From an uncultured delta proteobacterium (GTDB taxonomy: Bacteria; Myxococcota_A; Polyangia; Fen-1088), in assembly GCA_963755125.1 (NCBI GenBank), contig CAVWIP010000007.1, forward strand, positions 96,001 to 160,000: a stretch of 64,000 bases of DNA. Reading direction: 5' to 3'. The translations under genes were made by a program, and so were the position numbers. Position 1 is the first letter of the stretch, and each line of letters begins with the position of its first letter. This document shows, piece by piece, positions 57,740 to 64,000 of the stretch. Below the pieces are notes generated by a model. That model was not told the DNA's origin, did not search any database, and saw only the letters and a list, made by a program, of their open reading frames with translations.

Positions 57740-58405
57740 CTACTTGCGCGCCAGGCCTCGCCCGCTGAGCTTGCGGAACATGGCGGGATCATACATCTCG
57801 GTGAGAAGCTCAACGGTCTTGTAGGACGCGCGGCGCGCCCGGGCCTGGGTTTCGTCGGCCGTGACCAGGGCGACCAGTGTGTCGCGACCCAGCTCCACAC
57901 GGCGTTCCTCGTCGGGCAGGACGGAATCACGCAGCAAACGCGCGGTGTCCTCGTCGCCCTTGTCCTCACAGAAGGAGGCCAGCGCGCCCAGCCGGGTTGC
58001 ACTCATGCCCGCCACGGTCAAGAACCCCGCCGCCGCGCGCTCCTCGCTGGTCTGCAGCGAGCGCAGAAACCCGAAGAGCCGCGAGTAGCCGCCCTGGCGC
58101 GGGTCGTATGAACCAGGCGCGAGGCCCAGGTCTGCCAGCCGCTCGGAAAGCACGCGAAAGTGGCGTGCCCTGTCCCCGCAGTACGAAGCGCAACTGAGCT
58201 TCAAAGCCAGCGAGTCGGTGTCGGCCAGCCACAGCGCCGCAATCTCAATGGTTTCCACCACCATCTTGCTTTCCCACCGCAGGGCCTCTGCCACAGTGAC
58301 GCCCTCGCTGGTTAAAGCCGGCAGGTAGCGGGACGAGACGAGTCCGCGGAAGGACTCCTGGTTCTTGAATTCCAGCTCGGAAACGTAGACGTCAGCAGTC
58401 ACCAT
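57740..58405 (-). CDS. Ferritin-like four-helix protein
   Basis: Helical pattern with DRARH and DEERRV segments that resemble degenerate ExxH ligands; family is inference. Confidence 0.6.
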   Translation of the reverse strand: MVTADVYVSELEFKNQESFRGLVSSRYLPALTSEGVTVAEALRWESKMVVETIEIAALWLADTDSLALKLSCASYCGDRARHFRVLSERLADLGLAPGSYDPRQGGYSRLFGFLRSLQTSEERAAAGFLTVAGMSATRLGALASFCEDKGDEDTARLLRDSVLPDEERRVELGRDTLVALVTADETQARARRASYKTVELLTEMYDPAMFRKLSGRGLARK

Positions 58406-58604
58406 GAGGATCCGGCGGGATGTTCCTCCCCGGGATGCCGACTCGTCAAGGGACAAGGAATCAAACTGGGAGCCGGGGTGCAGCAGATGTGCGCAGCCAC
58501 TCAATGTGTCGGGTACGCCCACCTCCCGACTCTGGCCGTTGACCTTTGCGTCTGTCAATGAAAAATCTGTGTTAGCCGCATAATATTCATGGTACGGAAA
58601 TGGC

Positions 58605-59765
58605 ATGCTGGGACGCAAGAGCCACGTCGTTGCAATCGGACGCCTGTTCCACTCGCATCCGGTGGTTGCGATCTTGGGGCCACGACAGGTCGGCAAGACC
58701 ACGCTGGCCCGCCTCTACGCCTCGGCGGCGGCATCCGACGTCCAGCATTTTGACTTGGAAGACGCGGACAACCTCGGTCGCCTGGGTGAGCCCATGCTCG
58801 CGCTGGGCGCTCTGCGCGGACTCACCATCATCGATGAGGTGCAACGGCGGCCTGAGCTGTTTTCTGCCCTGCGCGTTCTGGTGGATCGGCCTGGTGCGCA
58901 CCAGCGCTTTCTGGTGCTTGGCAGCGCGTCTCCCGAGCTGCTGCGACAGTCGTCGGAGACACTCGCGGGTCGGATCGCCTACCACGAACTGCCGGGGTTC
59001 TCACTCGCCGAGGTGGGGACGGGCGCCCTGATGAAGTTGTGGTTGCGCGGGGGGTTTCCGCGGTCGTTCCTGGCCAAGTCGGAAGCGAACAGCCTCGACT
59101 GGCGCAAGAGTTTTGTGCGGACGTTTCTCGAACGGGATATCCCGCAGCTCGGTTTGCGGCTCCCAGCCATCACGCTGCGCCGGTTCTGGACCATGGTGGC
59201 CCACTACCACGGTCAGATCTGGAACGCCTCGGAGATCGGGGCTTCGCTGGCGCTGGCCGACACGACGGTGCGACGCTACCTCGACCTGATGACCGCCACG
59301 TTCATGGTCAGACAACTGGCGCCATGGTTCGAGAACTTGGGCAAGCGCCAGGTGAAGTCGCCCAAGGTGTATGTGACGGACAGCGGCCTGCTACACACGC
59401 TGCTCGGTCTGCCCGATCTGCGTGCGTTGGAGGCGCACCCGAAACTGGGGTCTTCCTGGGAGGGCTTTCTCGTCGAGCAGGTGGTGCAGCGTCTGGGCGT
59501 GGAACGCGATGAGTGCTTTTTCTGGGCGACTCACCAGGGCGCTGAATTGGACCTGCTCGTGATACGCGGCGGGCGGCGCTACGGTTTCGAGTTCAAGCGC
59601 ACCTCGGCGCCGACGGTGACCAAGTCCATGCGCATTGCCCTGGAAGACCTAGCCCTGCAAAGCCTTGACGTCATCCATGCGGGCGCGCACAGCTTCCCGA
59701 TGGACAAGAAGATCCGGGCCGTGGCGGCCGGAAGGCTGTTGCACGATCTGAAGCCCCTGCGGTAG
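58605..59765 (+). CDS. AAA_14 ATPase + DUF4143 protein
   Basis: GPRQVGKTT, IIDEVQ, LGSAS, SETLAGRI, RGGFP, KSPKVYVTDSGLL and ELDLL..FEFK. Confidence 0.92.
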   Translation: MLGRKSHVVAIGRLFHSHPVVAILGPRQVGKTTLARLYASAAASDVQHFDLEDADNLGRLGEPMLALGALRGLTIIDEVQRRPELFSALRVLVDRPGAHQRFLVLGSASPELLRQSSETLAGRIAYHELPGFSLAEVGTGALMKLWLRGGFPRSFLAKSEANSLDWRKSFVRTFLERDIPQLGLRLPAITLRRFWTMVAHYHGQIWNASEIGASLALADTTVRRYLDLMTATFMVRQLAPWFENLGKRQVKSPKVYVTDSGLLHTLLGLPDLRALEAHPKLGSSWEGFLVEQVVQRLGVERDECFFWATHQGAELDLLVIRGGRRYGFEFKRTSAPTVTKSMRIALEDLALQSLDVIHAGAHSFPMDKKIRAVAAGRLLHDLKPLR

Positions 59766-59918
59766 TCGGCCAGGCTCGGTGTCGCCCATCTTGGACGCCT
59801 TCTCGATCAGGCCGTCGACCGGCCAGGTTTAGGGGACGTCGCTGATACATTGGGTATGATTCGGACAGTTGGAGGCGAGATGCGACATGGAGAAAGACTG
59901 GCTTGTTCTCCTATCGCG

Positions 59919-60437
59919 CTATCGCCCAACGGGTGGCAAGAGGTCGCCGACCAAGCGCTCGAAGTCGCTGCGGCTGATATTGCCGACTAGGGTGCGGCGC
60001 AGGTGGCCCTCGCGGTCGTAGGCGAAGAACGCTGGGATCTCACCCTCCCAGCTCGGAACCAGATCGGCGACGAAATCCTCGGGATGGTCCGCCTTCAAGA
60101 TGGGACTCCATTGCGGGTTGCCGGTCTTGGCGGCGAGCACGCGTCCCACCCGCGCCGCGCTCCGCTCGGTCGGGTCATCGAGCGACACCGCCAGAAAATC
60201 GATGCTCCGGCTGCTGCCCTCACTCGCCAGCTTGGCCAGTAAGGGCAGCTCCTTCAGGCAGGGCAGGCACCAGGTGGCCCACAGGTGCAGCACCACTACG
60301 CGGCCCTTGTGGCTGGCAAGAGTCGCCTTGAGTTGCGCGGGAGTGATGAAGCGCGCTGACGGGGCCTGCGCGGGAGCCGGGCTTGTGTGCGTGAGAAACA
60401 CGCTCAGAACCGAAACCAGCCAGAGTCGCCGCTTCAT
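59919..60437 (-). CDS. TlpA-like thiol-disulfide oxidoreductase
   Basis: Signal peptide, LWATWCLPCLKELP and EIP cis-Pro motif. Confidence 0.88.
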   Translation of the reverse strand: MKRRLWLVSVLSVFLTHTSPAPAQAPSARFITPAQLKATLASHKGRVVVLHLWATWCLPCLKELPLLAKLASEGSSRSIDFLAVSLDDPTERSAARVGRVLAAKTGNPQWSPILKADHPEDFVADLVPSWEGEIPAFFAYDREGHLRRTLVGNISRSDFERLVGDLLPPVGR

Positions 60438-61018
60438 GTGCCAATGCGGGGCAGCGATGCCCCGATTCCGTCCGGGACAAAGTTGCCGCCCGAGACCACG
60501 CACTTCAACGCTTCGCGGGTGGGCACGTTCAGAAAGCGGGACTCGGCCTGGGGCACGAAGTACAGGCGGCCGACGATGGGGTTGGGCGAGTTGGGCACGA
60601 ACACGCAAAGAACATCCGTGCTGCCCGGGACAGGCCGTCCCGAAGTGAAGCCCAGCAAGCGCACGCGCCCCGACTCGTCGGGGATCAGCACCACGCGGGC
60701 AAATACGCCCAGGTTCACGTCCGGCGTGACCACCACCTGCTTCCAGGTGCGATAGAAGTCGCGCAGGCCGGGCAGCCGGCCCAGCACGCGGTCGAAGACT
60801 TGCAGGACGTGGCGGCCCACCAGGCTGGTGACGAAGATGCCGAGGAAGTAGATGAACACCAGCCCGACCACGATCCCAGCGAACGGGTAGCGCAAGGGCA
60901 GGATCCGCTGCGTGATCGCGTCCACGTAGACCACGACGAAGATGGTGATGCCGAGGGGAATGGCGGCCAGAACGCCCGCCAGGAATTTCGAACGGAAATG
61001 TGCAGTCAGGCGATTCAT
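60434..61018 (-). CDS. DUF502 membrane protein
   Basis: FLAGVLAAIPLGIT, VFVPNSPNP..G and VVSGG. Confidence 0.85.
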   Translation of the reverse strand: MNRLTAHFRSKFLAGVLAAIPLGITIFVVVYVDAITQRILPLRYPFAGIVVGLVFIYFLGIFVTSLVGRHVLQVFDRVLGRLPGLRDFYRTWKQVVVTPDVNLGVFARVVLIPDESGRVRLLGFTSGRPVPGSTDVLCVFVPNSPNPIVGRLYFVPQAESRFLNVPTREALKCVVSGGNFVPDGIGASLPRIGT

Positions 61019-61083
61019 GATGGTCCCCCGAGGCTGAGCATACTACGCGACCCGCGCCGGCCCCATGCGACCAGGAATTGGGT

Positions 61084-61112
61084 TTGACAGCCCGGCTGGC
61101 GGTTCCTACGCT
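61084..61112 (+). promoter_or_regulatory. Sigma-70-type promoter
   Basis: TTGACA-N17-TACGCT, 9 nt before GTG 61122. Confidence 0.65.
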
Positions 61113-61121
61113 GCTAGTCCA

Positions 61122-62927
61122 GTGAGCAGAAAAGGCTTCCTTTTGGCCGCGTGGTGGCTGGGCGCGGTGGCTGGCTCGGCCGTGCTTCCGCGCTCCGCGT
61201 GGCCTCAATCACCGCCCTCGCAAGCTGCGCCCGCCATCCTGCCCCTGTCCCAGGTGCGCCCCGGCCAGGTGGGTGAGGTACTCACTGTCTTCCAGGGCGT
61301 CAAGCCCGAACCTTTCAAGGTGCGCGTGCTGTCGGTGGTGCCGAACTTCCTGCCCAAGCAGGACATCATCCTGGTGCGTGCCGAGGATCCGCGCGTCGCG
61401 ACCTGCGGCATCGCCGCGGGCATGAGCGGGAGCCCGGTCTACGTCGACGGAAGGCTCATGGGCGCGATCTCGTATGGCTGGAGTTTCGCCAAGGAAGGCC
61501 TGGCCGGCGTGACGCCCATCGAGAACATGCTGGCAGGAACGCAACGGCCGCGCCGTCCGCCCGGCGATCCCTTCCTGGTCGACCAGGAACCTGTCCTGGT
61601 GCCTGGGCAGGTGGCCCAACCGGCTGCCGCCTCTCTCTTTCCTGACGGCGAACCGCGCCTGCAGCCCGCGTCCCTGCCCCTGGCCGTGTCCGGGATCTCC
61701 GACGCGTCTTTGCGCGAGCTGGGCGAGACCCTGCGTCCCTTCGGACTGGTTCCGGTGCGCGCGGGCGGCACGGGTGGGACAAAGCAGGCGGGGACGCTGG
61801 CCGAGGCCGCGCAACCAGGGGCGACGGTGGGCGTGGCCCTGATTCGCGGGGACCTGACCGCCGTGGCCATGGGCACCCTGACCCAAGCGGACGGGGCAAC
61901 CGTAGTCGCGTTCGGCCACCCGCTGATGGGCCTGGGCGAGGTGAATCTGCCGCTGGTTTCCGGAGAAGTGCACGCCATCGTGGCCAGCCTGGCCAGCTCC
62001 ATGAAGCTGGTCTCGCCGTTGACCGAGATCGGCGCGGTGGTGCAGGATCTTCCGTCCGGCATCGTGGCAGAGTTGGGCCACCACGCCCCTTCGGTTCCCG
62101 TGGATGTTGTGGTCACCGCACGCGGCGAGAAGAAGACCAGCTTCCATACTCAGGTGGCGCTGCACCGCCGGCTTTTGCCTCTGCTTGCGGCCACGGTGAT
62201 TGGCAGCGCACTCGGCGAGGCCGAGCCGGACGTGACTGACATGGTGATCGCCATGAATAGTCGTCTGGCTGTCCGCGGCGTTGGCAGCGTTGAGATTCGC
62301 GACCAACTCTTCTCGGGCGAGGGCTTATCGAGCCGAGTCCTGTCGCAGGCCCGTGGCCTAAAGGCGCTGTCGGACCTGCTCGGCAATCCCTTTGAACCCG
62401 CGGTGATCGATCGAATCGATGTGGACGTCCGGGTGGAGTACCGCAGCGACGTGGCCGAGATCGTTGGTGCCTCCTTGCCCGACGAGCGGGTACGGCCGGG
62501 CGAAACCCTGGCCGTGCGCGTGGTTCTGCGCCCCTACGCGGGCAAGGAATTGGTGGAGATCGTGCCGGTGTTGGTTCCCCGCGCTCTGGCTGGCAGGACC
62601 ATCAAGATCGACGTCGCCTCGGGCGCGCTGGTGCGTCCCGATGTCCCCAAGCCTGAGAGCCTGCGCGGCCTGATGGAGAACCTGAGCGTCGCCTACCCGA
62701 GCAAGTCCATCGTGGTCAGCCTGAGCACGCCGGACAGCGGTGTCTCCTTGCGCGGCTGCTTGCTTCCCAGCCTTCCTGACTCGGCGATGGACACGCTTCG
62801 CTCTTCCAACCAGACCCGCCGCGCTGACGCCTACCATGTGGCGGATCGAACCCTGCATCCTTGCGATCGCCTGGTGAGTGGGCGGCAGGAGCTGACCGCA
62901 CTGGTGCGGCCTGTCGGTAGCCAGTAG
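61122..62927 (+). CDS. Secreted SpoIVB (S55) peptidase-domain protein
   Basis: Signal peptide, GIAAGMSGSPVY, GVTPIENM and AFGHP. Confidence 0.85.
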   Translation: MSRKGFLLAAWWLGAVAGSAVLPRSAWPQSPPSQAAPAILPLSQVRPGQVGEVLTVFQGVKPEPFKVRVLSVVPNFLPKQDIILVRAEDPRVATCGIAAGMSGSPVYVDGRLMGAISYGWSFAKEGLAGVTPIENMLAGTQRPRRPPGDPFLVDQEPVLVPGQVAQPAAASLFPDGEPRLQPASLPLAVSGISDASLRELGETLRPFGLVPVRAGGTGGTKQAGTLAEAAQPGATVGVALIRGDLTAVAMGTLTQADGATVVAFGHPLMGLGEVNLPLVSGEVHAIVASLASSMKLVSPLTEIGAVVQDLPSGIVAELGHHAPSVPVDVVVTARGEKKTSFHTQVALHRRLLPLLAATVIGSALGEAEPDVTDMVIAMNSRLAVRGVGSVEIRDQLFSGEGLSSRVLSQARGLKALSDLLGNPFEPAVIDRIDVDVRVEYRSDVAEIVGASLPDERVRPGETLAVRVVLRPYAGKELVEIVPVLVPRALAGRTIKIDVASGALVRPDVPKPESLRGLMENLSVAYPSKSIVVSLSTPDSGVSLRGCLLPSLPDSAMDTLRSSNQTRRADAYHVADRTLHPCDRLVSGRQELTALVRPVGSQ

Positions 62928-62946
62928 CTTACTCCGGCTCCTTCGC

Positions 62947-63480
62947 CTACTTCACCACGCGTAGCTGGGGGCGCCGACGACGACGGGCCGGCGCGCGCAT
63001 GAGCATGCCGTCGCTTTCGATCTCGGCTTCGTTCTCTTCGGCCGCTGGCGGGACGGAACGCAACCAGGGTTCGTCAACCGGCAGAAGCTCCGCGCCGCCA
63101 CCCACTCGCGACATGGCTTGCGGCAAGCAACCACCATCCCCCTGGGTGAAGAAGCACAATTCGCGCGGGACGTCCTCGCGGTAGAGCACGCCGCATCCGT
63201 TGGTGCAGGCGACCACGTACACCGCCGACCAAGGCACGTAGGTCCGATGTGGAACGCGGGAAAACGACAGGGTGGAGCTGACCCCGGCGGCAGTGACTTC
63301 CAAGTCGGGAATGGGAACGGGCATGCTGCGGCCATACTGCAGAACCAGATGCGCCTGCGAGGAGAACGGGGCCGGCACGACCACACCCGGCCGACGAGCG
63401 TCCAGGTGCAAAGACACCCAGCCTTCGCTCAGCAAAGTCAGAAATGCTTCCTGTTTAGATGGTCTCTCACTGCCATCCAT
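62947..63480 (-). CDS. ClpXP adaptor SspB-like protein
   Basis: LHLDARRPGVVVP, TLSFSRVP..YVPWSAVY and C-terminal RPQLRVVK ClpX-binding tail. Confidence 0.88.
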   Translation of the reverse strand: MDGSERPSKQEAFLTLLSEGWVSLHLDARRPGVVVPAPFSSQAHLVLQYGRSMPVPIPDLEVTAAGVSSTLSFSRVPHRTYVPWSAVYVVACTNGCGVLYREDVPRELCFFTQGDGGCLPQAMSRVGGGAELLPVDEPWLRSVPPAAEENEAEIESDGMLMRAPARRRRRPQLRVVK

Positions 63481-63707
63481 GTCTATCCCCACGGGCCAAG
63501 GACTCGCCGAAAACCCCGATCTCTTACCTCCCCAAACCGGCCTGTGCCAGGGCCAGATTGAGTCGGGGCGAAAACGAATAGCCCCTGGCCCCCGACGACC
63601 TTCTGCGCTACTCTTTCGTACCTAGAGCGTCGGCAGGCTTGTGGCGCCTTCGACTTCCCGCCGCCGGCCGGGCGATTCGCTATAATGCAGTAACTTTGGC
63701 ATTGGTT

Positions 63708-64000
63708 ATGAATCGGCCGCGACCCTTCCCCACCACGATTCCCATCTCTTCCCCGCCCCGGGCGCTTTCTGGGTGGCGGGCTCGGCTGGCCAGCGATCCC
63801 ATTCCGCGCTTGCTGCGTGAGGGTACCCCCAGCGTGCTTGCGCGCGTGCGTCGTGACCTCATCGACGACAGCGAGGCACCCACGGCGCGGGAGATTGCCG
63901 GCTACCGCGAGGTTCAGGCGGTGCTGCGCAAGATGGAGCGGGACGGCAGCTACCTGCCCCGCGCGCCCGAAAAAGCGATTGGCAGTGGAAAGTTTGCGCG
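63708..64000 (+). CDS. Hypothetical protein, runs off the window
   Basis: The frame from ATG 63708 stays open to the end (..SDPIPRLLREGTPSVLARVRRDL..). TATAAT at 63681-63686. Confidence 0.65.
   Translation, partial: MNRPRPFPTTIPISSPPRALSGWRARLASDPIPRLLREGTPSVLARVRRDLIDDSEAPTAREIAGYREVQAVLRKMERDGSYLPRAPEKAIGSGKFA

Overview
A GC-rich bacterial chromosome segment, inferred to be Myxococcota (Polyangia-like) from its Hanks-type Ser/Thr kinases, PP2C, Cys-rich lipoprotein and TsaP-like LysM protein. It holds about 58 protein genes. I found no rRNA, tRNA, CRISPR array or transposase. From left to right: (1) a kdpFABC K+ pump operon with an extra 27-aa upstream peptide and a downstream four-helix-bundle protein. 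It is driven by a sigma-54 promoter and sits beside a split KdpD(N)-Usp / HAMP-PAS kinase / sigma-54 activator set, with no KdpE in the window. (2) A surface-glycosylation block (GT-C-like membrane proteins, GT2, two methyltransferases, AsnB) and a PAS-GGDEF protein. (3) The dprA-topA-xerC-hslVU neighbourhood, interrupted by four opposite-strand genes where trmFO usually lies. (4) Housekeeping and signalling genes (hemC, trxA, dksA-like, clpX, glmS, ilvBN, ccmE, lolC/E, tatA, mltD, rluD-like, kinase/PP2C pair, sspB). The most striking non-gene signal is a three-copy palindromic repeat family (8227, 22011, 50536) with compensatory stem changes. One copy sits in frame inside the HslV propeptide, and the other two carry a 58-bp G-rich insert at the same position. 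All calls are from motif recognition by eye; no database search was run.
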